Source of the DNA: Octopus sinensis
Taxonomy: Eukaryota
Reading direction: 5' to 3'
NCBI RefSeq assembly: GCF_006345805.1
Contig: NC_043002.1
Coordinates: 11,346,001-11,410,000, forward strand
Length of the DNA stretch: 64,000 bases
Shown here: positions 42,801 to 56,779 of the stretch, one piece after another
Numbering within the stretch: position 1 is the stretch's first letter
Layout of the letters: every line of letters begins with the position of its first letter
Program-made: the position numbers and the translations under genes
The notes under the pieces: model-generated
What the model saw: only the letters and a program-made list of their open reading frames with translations
Database searches by the model: none
Told to the model about the DNA's origin: nothing

Positions 42801-43228
42801 GTATTGACTGATAGGACGTTAATACACTTGGTAGTATTTTATGATTGCCTAACGAAATACCGTGTCCTTACCAGCAGTTAATATGGACTTAGTAGTTGAG
42901 AGTTACGTAGCTCGGTCATTGAGAAAGTATTGAAGTGTCACATATATTCGTTGTTTTTCCTAGTTGGCACTCCATCTTCATGTCTGAAAAGAGATAAAAT
43001 TTATTCAAATTTCAGAATCGATGTAAAGGAAGAAAATTGCCACCAAAAACAAAAACTACGACAAAAATATGTTTCATGATAATTCAAAAAACATTAAGTT
43101 AAAGAAAAAAAAAAAACGGACGAATTTATCTGACAGCTTACGGGATACGAACAGTCATCACCTTGGTTGGAAAATCGACCAATCTGCCCATGTGAACACT
43201 TGTCCAACTGTTTAATGTAACACAATAA

Positions 43229-43665
43229 TGAAAGGCGGCGAGCTGGCAGAAACGTTAGCACGCCGGGCGAAATGCGTGGCTGTATTTCGTCTGCCGTTAC
43301 GTTCTGAGTTCAAATTCCGCCGAGGTCGACTTTACCTTTCATCCTTTCGTGGTCGACTAAATAAGTACCAGTTACGCACTGGGGTCGATATAAACGACTT
43401 AATCCGTTTGTCTGTCCTTGTTTGTCCCCTCTATGTTTAGCCCCTGTGGGCAATAAAGAAATAAGAAACATTAGCATGCCGGACGAAATGCGTAGCGGTA
43501 TTTTGTTTGCCGTTACGTTCTGAGTTCAAATTCCGCCGAGGTCGACTTTGCCTTTCATCCTTTCGGGGTCGATTAAATAAGTACCAGTTACGCACTGGGG
43601 TCGATATAATCGACTTAATCCGTTTGTCTGTCCTTGTTTGTCCTCTCTGTGTGTAGTAAAGAAAT
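43229..43665 (+). mobile_element. SINE family A dimer (junction type 2)
   Basis: Tail GGGCAATAAAGAAATAA joins GAAACATTAGC. Confidence 0.9.
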
Positions 43666-43689
43666 AGTAAGACCCCCTTCGGTCAGACG

Positions 43690-43910
43690 CTGACCATGGG
43701 TTTGCACCTAGAGAGTTACCCTCTGAGGCACAAGTCTGGGCAAGGTTGTTTTATGGAAGACCAGCAGTCGCCCATGCATACCGATCTCCCCTCTCCACGT
43801 CACCGATGTTGTCCAAGGGAAAGGCAATGGGGCCGATACAGCTTGGCACCAGTGACGTCGCAACTCATTTCTACAGCTGAGTGAACTGGAGCTACGTGAA
43901 ATAAAGTGTC
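43690..43910 (-). mobile_element. CORE-like SINE with a third tail type, head missing
   Basis: GACACTTTATTTCACGTAGCTCCAGTTCACTCAGCTG followed by an unrelated tail. Confidence 0.65.
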
Positions 43911-44639
43911 AATACAATAATAATGTAGTGTAAATTGTGCAACGGTCTGAAGGAGCAGAAAATAAATGAAAGTTTAAAGGAAAGAAAGAAGCGAGAAAGT
44001 CATACGAGAAGCGATGATTGATGCACTCAGGGGAAGATGGAGGTGGCCAGCAATTTTAGAGAGAGGTGTAAATCAACTGCATCGACCCCAGTACTTGACT
44101 GGTACTTTATTTTAGTGAAAAGTAAAGTCGGCCTCAGCAATCGAGTCCAAAGAAAATGACACTGATGGGATGGAACGCTTTGTCCAAAGTAGTTAAATCT
44201 TTTGTAGTTATTGTTGTTATTTATCTCCAGTTTTGCTCTGAGCGAGAAAGTAGACTTATGATCAAAGACAGTTCAACTATGACCACTTCATCTTAATTTG
44301 AAACAACTTTGTCCAACGAATAATATTTTTTATTATAAGTTATTGAGTGTGCTTTAGGGAGATTGGATGTTATTTCTAGCAGGGCGAAAGATTAATTAGA
44401 AGCTTGTCCGTTTATCTTTTCTGCCTGTTAATTTTTTACCCTTTAAACTATTTTAGCTGTTTCAGTCATTGGGCTGCGGTCATGCTGGGGCATCACCTTG
44501 AAAATTTCAGTCGATCAAATCGACTTCTGAACTCTTTCTCACCGTTTTTCTTTTTATCTTCTTTTTTTCTTTCCTTTGTTCCTCTCTTCCTGTTTTTGAT
44601 TTGACCTTACAAATATATTCCTATCTTTTAAGTCCCTTT

Positions 44640-44990
44640 AAATAAAACCCTCGATTCACTAACACCGTGTACAAACCCTATGCTTGGGATGGCCAGTTTA
44701 AATACTATTGGAACTTACTCACAAAGTATGTATACCATTCTGCCTAAATAATGGATCTACAGATGCAATATCCATGCATATCTCACATCTATTTTCATTC
44801 CTCCACTTCACTTTCTATTCCATATCTTATCTAAATTAACTATTGCTTAACCATTTTCTCACACCGTCTCCGATGAAGGGATATATAAAATATCTCGGAA
44901 ACAGCTGTAAGACATTCTATTTATAAATGTTCTGAAATCTTTCACAGCTTTTGATTTTTATCTCATTCTGAAAATTTATATATATACACA
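44640..44990 (+). mobile_element. Decayed PLE 3' end
   Basis: ...IPFCLN near 44740 resembles the PFGLN endonuclease end at about 14340; hammerhead follows about 130 bp later. Confidence 0.5.
44866..44913 (+). ncRNA. Type I hammerhead-like motif, core CCGAUGA
   Basis: Stem I GTCT/AGAC; stem II GGGATA/TATCTC flanked by an A.G pair; GAAA 44898; palindrome ACAGCTGT; GUA. Confidence 0.65.
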
Positions 44991-45356
44991 TGCTGATATA
45001 CGACCTACGGTGGACTCCTCATTCGCATAATCACCGAACCTGCCCATAGGACTTACAAAGCGTTACCTGACACCTTTGGATCTTATTGACACCATTACCT
45101 CTCATAACCTCTATAATATGTATTTGTATATATCTTTATCTGTCTTTATTTATATATAAGTCTGTACTCTAGGTGTAACAACCAGGAACTGACACGACCT
45201 ACCGCACGAACATTTTCATGCATGCGCAGGAAGGGTGGTGTTACCTCCCACTCAAAGCATTTTGCCCACGCGGCATTAGTTTTGGCGAGAAAAGAATAAA
45301 ATAGGATACTTTTTGAAAGCACCTCAAAAGACTGAAACCAGTAAAAGAATACGCAT

Positions 45357-45855
<499 letters not shown>

Positions 45856-45864
45856 AAAAGAATA

Positions 45865-45907
<43 letters not shown>

Positions 45908-46591
45908 ATATGCACCTAAACGACGGATTTCCTGCTCAGTTTTCAGCTATTGTATTCACTTATATGTGTTGATTGCACTAGAGTTAGAGGTACAGAAGGC
46001 TAGAAGACATTCAAACATTTACCCAAAGTGCCGCGCAGTGAGAGAGAACTCAGACAACGCGGCTTTGAAGTGAACTTCTCGACCGCACAGCCAAGCCAAC
46101 GCCTAAATTACTAAAAAACAAAATGAACCGAAAATATCTGACAGCTGTTTCATTTTCCGTTTTATTGATATTAAAGGTCAGTGTTAGATTATAATATGCG
46201 AGTTTTGGCGATTAAGGCTTACCATTCGTCTACAGGTGTCCTTTTTTGGACTGCGTACCTATTGTGTTAATAAAAATATCCAGCTTCTACTTTTCACACT
46301 ATCTGCTCAAAAGTTATATGCAAACCATACGAAATCGGACAAATTATTTCTTTTGCTTTGCGGTAAGAAGCTCGCTTCCTAACCGGATGGTCCTGAGTTC
46401 AGTCTTACTGCGTGTGCCCTTGGTAAGTATCTTCTACTATGGCTTCAGGACGACCAAAGCCTTGTGAGTAGATTTGATTGACAGAAGCTGCAATAAGCCC
46501 ACCGTACATATATCTATCTATCTATATATCTATCATTATCATCTTCTATCTATCTATCATCATCTATCTATCATCTATCTATCTATCATCT

Positions 46592-46628
<37 letters not shown>

Positions 46629-46668
46629 ATATCTATCTATCTATCTATCTATCTATCTTCTGTCTGTC

Positions 46669-46710
<42 letters not shown>

Positions 46711-46779
46711 TGTCTCCTCTCTCTCTCTTCTCTACTATATATATATATATTATATATTATATATATACTTGTGTGTGTG

Positions 46780-47067
46780 TGGAGGCGCAATGGCCCAGTG
46801 CTTAGGTCAGCGGACCCACGGTTTCGATTTCCTGACCGGGCGTTGTGAGTGTTTATTGAGCGAAAACACTTAAAGCTCCATGAGGCTCAAGCAGGGGGTG
46901 GTGGCGATCCCTGCTGTACTCTTTCGCCGCAACTTTCTCTCACTCTTTCTTCTGTTGGCCTGCTCTCTTAGCCAGCGGGGTGGCGTCATTTGAAGGCTAA
47001 AACAATGCGAAGCGCATTGTGACCAGCGATGTGTAGCAACATCTGATAGCCTGGTCAGTCAAGTGAT

Positions 47068-47075
<8 letters not shown>
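46780..47075 (+). mobile_element. SINE family C variant (tail type 3)
   Basis: Head and central block as in 38811; different 3' sequence. Confidence 0.75.
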
Positions 47076-47098
<23 letters not shown>

Positions 47099-47329
47099 AA
47101 AAAAAGGTAAAAATTAATTAATCAATTACGTAATAACTAATAATTTTACCAAGTAGTTCGGTACGTTAAAATAACCTCTTTAGCTAAAATTATACAAATA
47201 TTCTATAATTATAAACATAATTAATATCAGGGGTCAGCTTTTTGCTTCACCATCCACCGAATTTAGAAATAGGATTTAAAATGCCTTTTCTGCTACCATA
47301 AAGATCACCCAGACAGTAACACGTTTTTA

Positions 47330-48050
47330 CGTATTCTGATGGCCTGGAGGGGCAGTATGGCAGCTACCAGCCAGGCTACATCCACCTCTGGGGGTATGTC
47401 TTCTACCCTAACCCTGGAAGCACGTCTACCAAGGTATATAAGTAGAAGCACCACTTCATCAGTTCTCAATGCAGCCTGGTAGTAGCTACCTCCCGAAACC
47501 GCACCTCCACTCTCCCAAATTTTCTTCCTCTGGCATGGTAGGAAATTTCTTGCCAGATTGGTTTGAGTGCTCTTTCCACTTGAGCCGTCGTCATGACTTC
47601 AATCTTCCTGGCTTCTACCGAGTACGTCCTGTAAATTATTGTTTTCTTATCTCTTTCTTTTAACACTTCTTCGGTGAAGAGGGGGAGACACCGTCACTTC
47701 GTTCCCCTCCCGTTTAATCATTTCCTTGAATTTGCTTATATCCTCCAGCTTCACGTCTTCGCTTTTTTCTTTCGTCGCCTCTGCATAATTCTTCATCTCC
47801 ATCACCTCGTCAATCCTCTTCAAACACTCCACCATTTCTTCCTCAGGCGACACAAAGTCTGAATAAGAATAATTCAAAACTTCATGACATCTCGCCCGAC
47901 GCCCCGCCATTAAACAAGAGGGAAAACGTCGCACCACCAAGACAGCAAAAAACAAAAACAAAACACACGTGAGTTACTCAAAAAACCAATAATTCGACTA
48001 GCAAACGCTGTACCAGGAGCAACCTTCTTACTACACAGCCACGCCTTGGA
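47330..48050 (-). mobile_element. Tx1/L1-like ORF1 5' fragment
   Basis: MAGRRARC...EEEMVECLKRIDE..., TIIYRTYS...KFGRVEVRF, then YLGRRASRVRVEDIPPEVDVAWLVAAI after frameshifts. Confidence 0.6.
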
Positions 48051-48406
48051 GACAAAAGACGTGTTATAAAAACCTACCTGGACCCGAATCTCCAAAACAA
48101 GAAATTATTAATAACTCTCATATTTATACTTTGTGAGCTTCCACACAGTTTCCGTTCCCCTAATTCACGCCCGTGAATTAGTCGGTCAGGAGGGCTATTG
48201 TAAAAGTCACTTGCCCAAGGTGCCACGCAGTGGATCTGAACCCAGTACCACGTGTTTGCAAGCAAGCGTTTTAACCTCCCAGGTATACTGTATATTTACA
48301 CTGAAATAATACATGACAGAACATAGTTCACTGATTAATTAGATACCATAGAGGATTCTTAAACCGTAATACAAGTTGGTACATGCTATGTATATACACA
48401 CATATT

Positions 48407-48828
48407 GGATCTTTTCGGTTTGAACGGCAGTTTATAACATAATTTCTAGGTAACTAAAAAATGTTAAACTTCGTATACTGGTAGAATGTGTTTATAAAAC
48501 ATCTCTTTCTCTACGCTTTATTGAGAAAATTCTATAGTTTGTAAGATATTTGTTGTTTTTTTTTCTTCAATTTCTGCAATTTCAACCAATCAATGTCGTC
48601 TATTGAGGTAAAAAACATTCTGTGCTGTATGAATATGTCCCTCGTTTAAGAAACAGATTGGGTTTATTTACATTTGTGAAGAAAAAAGATACCCTTCCCC
48701 CCCCCCTAAACCTAACCCTAACCCTAAAACAGATTGAAATGCAATATATCGATACTAGGGTCATAATTATGGGTGACAATTTCATATGACACCGCTAGAA
48801 AAAACTGCCGTTCAAACCGAAAAGATCC
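48407..48828 (+). mobile_element. MITE family M, copy 2
   Basis: Same TIR; TSD CACATATT / CACATATA. Confidence 0.95.
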
Positions 48829-49544
48829 CACATATATAGGCGTATATGCATTCGTGGAAGTATTCAGGAATATATTTCATTCTATTGTCCAACATTCAAC
48901 TTTGAGGTGAAGATTTGCAGTTGTTGACGCTTTGGTTAGAAAACGCTGTGGTGTTTGCTTTGGCTTTCTGCGTTCTGAGATCAAATCCTGCCGAGACCAG
49001 CTTCATTAGTTATCCTTCTGGGGGTCAATAAATAGAACAGGAGTCGATTACTATGGACTATTCGCCCCCCGCCCTCTCTCTGTCTCTTATTCAGTATCTT
49101 TTATGTGGGGCCGTGAAAATGACTGTCGGGGGAGACATCTCACAGTTTCGCTTTCTTCAGAATTAGGGAATGGTTGAGCGAGGGGGAAATAGCTTCTCAT
49201 CAGAGAAAGAAAAGAATAGATATGATGTTAGAACTATCCGAAGATGCGCCTCTTATAATTACAACACTCAACGGAAATACAGAAGGGAGAAAACGTCCAA
49301 GAGTTGCAACAATGGTTCAAAATAAATAAAATAAAACAAAACAGGTACTCCAGTATGGCCTCATATATCATGATTAAATGAAGAAAGGAAGTCAAAGAAA
49401 AAATAAGTATTAAGAACCAGACAAACTGTTGTTTCACTTTTTATTTTTCTTGATTTCCACACCATTTTCATGACATCCTAGAAAAGTGGTTGGCTTACAG
49501 CTTTGTAAACCAATATTCACTTTTACAAACGCCTTCTTTACAGT

Positions 49545-49610
<66 letters not shown>

Positions 49611-50036
49611 ATATATATAACATACATACATACATACATATATATATAATATATACATAATACATATATATTATACATACATATCTATATATATACCATA
49701 CATACATACATAATATATATATATAATATACATACATATATATATAGATACATACATATATATATATATACATACATATATATATATTATATATAATACA
49801 TACATATATATTATATATATATATATATATATCATATATATATATATATACTATATATATATATATATATCTATATATATATAGCTATATATACATATAT
49901 ACATATATACATATATATATATATTACATATATATATATAATATATATATAGATATATAGATATAATATATATATATATAATATATATATATATATAATC
50001 TATATATATTATTTTATACATATAATATATTATATA

Positions 50037-50095
<59 letters not shown>

Positions 50096-50117
50096 TATGA
50101 CCAGTACCACGAAATTT

Positions 50118-50935
50118 CAGGTGCTGTGTTTTTACTGAGATCCCCCTTTTAGTAGAGAATAGCTATATCTCTTTGACTGCTATTTCTAAATTCGGTGTGT
50201 TGGTGAGGCAATTCGTTGCTAAACCCTTAATTACTTAGTATTACTTAAATTTTCCTCGAATGGGGCTTTTACATGCCGAAATCTACTTGGTGTAATTGAT
50301 AAATATTCCAAATTAATTAATTTCACCCTTTATTGTTACTGATACCATATTTTCCCAGTAAATGACCACAGCATTTTGTCTTGGCTACACGCGGGTGGAA
50401 GGGGGCTGGTGACACAAACTTTCATTCACACTTTGAATTTCGTGGTACTGGTCATGCTTTGGCTCGCTCTGACACTGAGTTGAGATAATGCCTTCTAGTA
50501 TCTCAAAATTTAATATACAATTATTCATAATTGTAGTTATCCTGCGCCGATGAGAAAAGAAGTTTGGGTAAGGTAGAATTTTCTAATTCTTATGCTTTCC
50601 TAAAACTTGATTTCGAAACGTACGTCCGTAGGTAACTTATTGTAAATTAAAATTGTATGATAGATTGGCGTCACTTCATTCTTTCTTTCTTACCTGTCTG
50701 TGTTTGCCTTTCAGGTGCTGTGTTTTTACTGAGATCCCCCTTTTAGTAGAAGGAATAGCTATATCTCTTTGACTGCTATTCTAAATTCGGTGTGGTTGGT
50801 GAGGCAATTCGTTGCTAAACCCTTAATTACTTAGTATTACTTAAATTTTCCTCGAATGGGGCTTTTACATGCCGAAATCTACTTGGTGTAATTGATAATT
50901 ATCCAAATTAATTAATTTCACCCTTATTGTTACTG

Positions 50936-50938
<3 letters not shown>
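50118..50938 (+). repeat. About 225-bp direct duplication (50118-50345 and 50711-50938) between (TA)n fields
   Basis: Copies differ mostly by homopolymer indels; 20-bp IR at 50097-50117 / 50436-50455. Confidence 0.85.
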
Positions 50939-51014
<76 letters not shown>

Positions 51015-51039
51015 ATATACATATATATATATATATATA

Positions 51040-51071
<32 letters not shown>

Positions 51072-51408
51072 ATATATACATTATTACATATACATATATT
51101 ATATACATATAGATACCTATACATATATTATATATACAATATATATATATATATATATATAATATTTATATATTACATATATACATATATATATATATAA
51201 TAAAATATATATACATACATACATATATAAATAATATATAATATGCATATACATACACACACACACATATAGATATATATAATTTAACAGTTTGAATCAG
51301 CTCCACGTTTCAAATATCTAAAGAGACTCTCCTCTCTCTTCATGTATAGATATACATACATGCATGTATGTGTATCTCTCCCTCTCTCTTTTTCGTATAT
51401 ATATATAG

Positions 51409-51458
<50 letters not shown>

Positions 51459-51572
51459 GAGTAGCCGAGGTCAAATCGCTTCATATTTATGTGAGACCTG
51501 TGGTTTCCATAAATGTGTATAAGCGGGGCCAACTGGTCAGCTATTCTAAAGAGGTCTTGGGCCAACAGGTTT

Positions 51573-51635
51573 TGGGATCTGACGATACCCCATAAAGCTA
51601 AACCCTTTATGGACGGGAAACCTAAGGTAATCCCA
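51573..51635 (+). ncRNA. Type I hammerhead-like motif
   Basis: Stem I TGGGAT/ATCCCA; CTGACGA 51579; stem II CCATAAAG/CTTTATGG with decayed base; GAAA 51617; ACC-taa-GGT; GUA; element flanked by (TA)n. Confidence 0.65.
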
Positions 51636-51718
51636 TAAACCTGCCTTCCCCATATTTAGCATATACTGCTCTATATCTTAGAGCAGGTTTCTTCTTTTGG
51701 ATTTATGTTTTTTGCAGA

Positions 51719-51779
<61 letters not shown>

Positions 51780-52043
51780 TGTATTTATAAATGGCGGTGC
51801 TCCAGCATGACCGCAATCAAATGACTAAAACAAGTAAAAGAATAAATATAAATGGTAGAACACGAAAACTTAAACCTCATTGAATCTGGTGTGAGTAAAG
51901 CGATTGTTGATTTTGTTTTTTTAGTTTTTACATTCTGGGATCTAATCACACCGCGTCCGGCTTTGCTTTTTATTCTTTTGGAATCGATAAAAATATATAT
52001 TCCAGTCAAGAACTAGGATCTATTTAATGGAATGAAAAATTTT

Positions 52044-52451
52044 GAATCTTTTCGGTTTGACCGGCAGTTTTTTATATATGAAATTGTCACCCATAATTAT
52101 GACCCTAGTATCGATCTATTGCATTTCAATCTATTTTAGGGTTAGAGTTAGGGTTAGGGGAGGGGTATCTTTTTTTTCTTCAGAAATGTAAATAAACCCA
52201 ATCTGTTTCTTAAACGAGGGACATATTCATACGGCACAGAATGTTTTCACCTCAATAGACGTCATTGATTGGTTGAAATCGCAGAAATTGAAGAAAAAAA
52301 CAGCAAATATCTTACAAACTATAGAATTTTCTCAATAAAGCCAAGAGAAAAAAATGTTTTATAAACACATTCTACCAGTATACGAAGTTTAAAAGTGTTT
52401 AGTTACGTCGAAATTATTAAAAAAAAACTGCCGGTCAAACCGAAAAGATCC
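52044..52451 (-). mobile_element. MITE family M, copy 3 (inverted)
   Basis: TSD AAAATTTT on both sides. Confidence 0.95.
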
Positions 52452-53237
52452 AAAATTTTCCTTAAATATATTTATCCCGAATGTGAATGGAATTACAGTA
52501 GCAGATGAAGACTTATACTGCTCCGCTCTCCAATTTGTGACCTTAGCAACTATTTCAGGAATCAATCTTACCACGTGACCGGAAGAAACTGAAAAAGAAA
52601 CCAAAAAACAATGTAATATAGAAAATATATTAGATCATATTCCGGAAAATGTGATATATAATTAAAATAATTAGAATTTAAAGAAAGAATGATGTATCAA
52701 TGAGTAGTTCGCTGCTAATAGTAACACTGCTTTTATACTAATTACGGTGGCTAGTTTAAATACTTTTGACTGGAACAAACAAGTTATGAACCAGTCTACT
52801 GTTTTCATAATGAGATTAACAAATGTTATACTAAAGTAAGCAGTGAACTACAACAGGTAGCACGTTTTTTGACTTCTCCGACAAAACAAGATTTATCACT
52901 GAATCTGGAGATATTTTTTCACTCAGTAACTCGTTGGCCGAATTAAGCTGGATCCTTTTCTTTAAGGTAAGTGGTTTTCAATGTTTTGATGTACACAGCT
53001 AAACAAGTTTTGAGTTAGACGAATTTATTAAAAAGAAAATGTGTAACGAACCTTCTGAACATTTCATTTCTACAACAAAAAATATTCATTATTAATTTAT
53101 TTTTCTGAAATTTTATTTTAATCTATAATTTCGTTTATATTTTCTAATTATTTATTTTGCGTTGGATAAATTAGTTTGATTTTTTTTTTGTTGAGAATTA
53201 AATTTTTAAAATTGCCTGTCGGAATTCTAAATTATTC

Positions 53238-53667
53238 GGATCTTTTCGGTTTGACTGGGAGTTTTTTAAAATAATTTCCGCGTAACTAAACACTTTTAAA
53301 CTTCGTATACTGGCAGAATGTGTTTATAAAACATCTTTTTCTCTTGGCTTTATTGAGAAAATTCAATAGTTTGTAAGATATTTGTTGTTTTTTTTTCTTC
53401 AATTTCTGCAATTTCAATCAATCAATGACGTCTATTGAGGTGAAAACATTCTGTGCCGTATGAATATGTCCCTCGTTTAAGAAACAGATTGGGTTTATTT
53501 ACATTTCTGAAGAAAAAAAGATATTCTCCCCCCAGTAACCCTAACTAACCCTAACTCTAACCCTAAAACAGATTGAAATGCAATAGATCGATACTAGGGT
53601 CATAATTATGGGTGGCAATTTCATATGACACCGCTAGAAAAAACTGCCGTTCAAACCGAAAAGATCC
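53238..53667 (+). mobile_element. MITE family M, copy 4
   Basis: TSD AATTATTC on both sides. Confidence 0.95.
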
Positions 53668-53694
53668 AATTATTCTTTCAAATTTTGGTCAAAG

Positions 53695-54075
53695 AGCAGT
53701 TTTAGGGAAGTAGAATAATCAGTTACATCGACCCCCAGTGCACAACTGGTACTTATTCTATCGACCCCCCCCAAAAGGATGACAGGTAAAGACAATTCGG
53801 CGGAATTTTCCCCCGGCGTGCTAACGTTTTTGCCAGCCCACTATTTTCAAGATGTTAAAGTATAATGGTTTCTAATTTTGGTATAAGACCAGTAGCTTTT
53901 GAGAGGCGAAGAGAAGTCGATTACATCGATTCTAGTGCTTGATTGGTACTTATTTTATCGACCCGAAAGGATGGAAAGCAAAGTCGACCTCGGCGGAATT
54001 TGAACTCAGAACGTAAAAACGGACGAAATGCCACGAAGTATTTTGTTCGATATATTAACGATTCGGCAGTTAGCC
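53695..54075 (-). mobile_element. Two diverged SINE family A copies
   Basis: Reverse central domain and head, twice. Confidence 0.75.
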
Positions 54076-54613
54076 GTCTTCTGGATGTTGGTCATAAGCG
54101 TTCAGCGCCACAAAAAGAACAAAAGAAACAACAAATGAAATTATTATACTTTGAAATAACGTCTCTAATTACAAAATTATTGCGAGTAGATATCTCGGCC
54201 AAATCGCCTGGAAGGGTCGCACACAAGTTTTTGAATTGTTCGACAAAGTAAGCAATATGAATTATGGGTTCCATACACTCTGGGCCTTCTCAGTGCATGA
54301 CTCATTTTAATAATTTGAGTCGAAGGAACATGTAAAAGACCTTACTTTCAAAACCAGATATATGCATCAGAATGACTTTTGAGTATTTGTTTAAAACAAC
54401 TTCAATACAGTTCTATGTTTAAGAGATGAGGAATTATTTACATTATTTACCTTATTTACATGCGACGGATATTTGTCCTCATCTTTGTTGTTAACACAAC
54501 ACCCTCCTCAGCAAACCGAGTGCAGTTATGAGCGGCATATGGGAACCGGTATTAAGGAAGGATAGAAAAATATTAGATTTATAAGCCCTAAAATTCACTC
54601 TATAATTGCCCAT

Positions 54614-54831
54614 GGGCATATGGCGTAGAGGTTAAGAGTGCGGGCTACTAATCCCAAGATTCCGCCAAGCAATGACCTGAACAATAATAATAATATCGAA
54701 AAATACCTTAGGAATGAGAACCTAGGTTCGAAATTTCCCCAAGACACCTGAAGAAGGCTGGAGGGTATATCAGCCGAAACGTTGTGTTAACAACAAACAA
54801 GATGAGGGCAAATATTCATCGAATGTAAATA
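54614..54831 (+). mobile_element. tRNA-headed short element ending in a hammerhead (PLE-like tail)
   Basis: A-box-like TGGCGTAGAGG 54621, anticodon-arm-like GGG-CTACTAA-TCCC, B box missing, hammerhead at 54743. Confidence 0.55.
54743..54788 (+). ncRNA. Minimal type I hammerhead-like motif
   Basis: Stem I GACAC/GTGTT; CTGAAGA 54748; extra A; stem II GGCTG/CAGCC; GAAA 54776; palindromic ACGT; GUU. Confidence 0.72.
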
Positions 54832-54849
54832 ACGGACAACTTCAATGTA

Positions 54850-55152
54850 CAGTAATCCCTCGACTATCGCGGGTGTTACGTTCCAACCCCGCGATAGGTG
54901 AAAATCCGCGAAGTAGAAACAGTACTTTCTATATATTTTTTTAATAATTTGTATATATTTATTTTATGGCGAAATTAAAGAATACGCATACCCGGTATTT
55001 AGGATTAGGGTTTTTGTTATGCCGAAAACGGGTGGTGTACGTATTCTTTACCTCCACCTATTTTATTATAAATGCAAAACAACACCATGGAGGAATCGAC
55101 GTAAGCTTAATAAACCGCGATAGGTGAAACGCGATATGGCGTGGGATTACTG
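54850..55152 (+). mobile_element. Tc1/pogo (Tigger-like) MITE
   Basis: TA|CAGTAATCCC...GGGATTACTG termini. Confidence 0.8.
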
Positions 55153-55724
55153 TCTCTGATTTTTGATTGGAAGACTAAGATTTGCCAACTATCTGTATAA
55201 CCTCTATCCCAGCTTGACTGAAAAAAAAAAAGAAAAAATCAGGTGCGTGAAGCTAGCAGCTTGCGGATTGTGTTTTAATGGTTATCATGAGATCGACCAA
55301 ACATGCGTTTATACCGGTTTTGAAATTAAGTTCCTCTCATTGTATTTCATGAAAAACAGTCTCTCTCTCTCTCTCTCACTCTCACTCACTCACTCACTCA
55401 CTCTCTCACACACACACACGCATACACACGATGGGCTTCTTTCAGTTTCAGCCTCTCAAATCCACTCACAAAGTTGTGATGGACTCGAGGCTGTAATAAA
55501 AGACCCCTTGCTCAAGGCTTTGCGCAATGGGACTGAATCCTGAACCATGTAGTCGGGAAGCGAAGTTATCACAGTCACGATGCGCCTATCCGAAACAAAG
55601 AAAACAAGAGCAACATACTCTGGCCGTTTTCAGCTCACGAGTATATTTGATAAGTGGAAGGAAAGCACGTTCGTATGCAAGTCGAATGGTGAGTTGATGG
55701 TTCTTTACCCGCAGATCGAATAGA

Positions 55725-56325
55725 TATTTCTTTATTGCCCACAAGGGGCTAAACATAGAGGGGACAAACAAGGACAGACAAACGGATTAAGTCGATTACA
55801 TCTACCCCTGTGCGTAACTGGTACTTATTTAATCGACACCGAGAGGATGAAAGGCAAAGTCGACCTCGGCGGAATTTGAACTCAGAACATAGCGGCAGAC
55901 AAAATACCTATTTCTTTACTACCCACAAGGGGCTAAACACAGAGAGGACAAACAAGGACAGACAAAGGGATTAAGTTGATTATATTGACCCCAGTGCGTA
56001 ACTGGTACTTATTTAATCGACCCCGAGAGGATGAAAGGCAAAGTCGACCTCGGCGGAATTTGAACTCAGAACATAGCGGCAGACAAAATACCTATTTCTT
56101 TACTACCCACAAGGGGCTAAACACAGAGAGGACAAACAAGGACAGACAAAGGGATTAAGTTGATTATATTGACCCCAGTGCGTAACTGGTACTTATTTAA
56201 TCGACCCCGAAAGGATGAAAGGCAAAGTCGACCTCGGCGGAAGTTGAACTCGGAACGTAACTGCAGACGAAAAACCGCTAAGCATTTCTTCCGGCGCGTT
56301 AACGATTCTGCCAGATCGCCGCCCT
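55725..56325 (-). mobile_element. SINE family A trimer, 184-bp period
   Basis: Units start at 55725, 55909 and 56093. Confidence 0.95.
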
Positions 56326-56779
56326 CACAGATAACTGACCAACAGCGCTCCAGCCATAACCATCCTGTCTTTATTGAAACATAAGTGTTGTTCTGAAAAG
56401 GGAATGATTCTAAGAAGTCAAATCAACTATTGTCAACTCTTACGGCATGGATGGAGCGGTGACCGCTGAACGCAGGACGGTGTGACTGCTGCGTGGTTTA
56501 CAGAAACGAAGGTCGTACTACTGTGTGATCAAAAGAATCCGCTATTTCGTGATGGTTGCAACGATGCCGGGCACGACTGGTAGAAAGCGGGTGGTGGTGG
56601 TGGTGGGGTTGATACAATCGGAAGATGCCAAAATGGTTTGTGACCTCATTATACATACTGTAATCCTCCGACTGCCGCGGATGTTACGTTCCAAACCTGA
56701 AACCATCCCGGCGATAGGTGAAAATCCGCGAAGTAGAAACAGTACAGTACTGTATATTTTTATAGTTTGTATATATTTA

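Noticed and set aside
49110-49170. Minus-strand CTGAAGA-AAGC-GAAA with a 5-bp helix III and GUC
   Set aside because: Stem II is absent and stem I mostly mismatched; at best a deleted relic
50535-50750. Mini exon-intron-exon (LSCADEKRSL|[10 protein letters not shown]-stop)
   Set aside because: Lies in a duplicated block whose copies differ by homopolymer indels, suggesting a repeat or assembly error; very short frame
56400-56650. CpG-rich unique stretch with Pro/His-rich frames
   Set aside because: No splice signals, start context or homology recognised; runs come from a (GGT)n repeat
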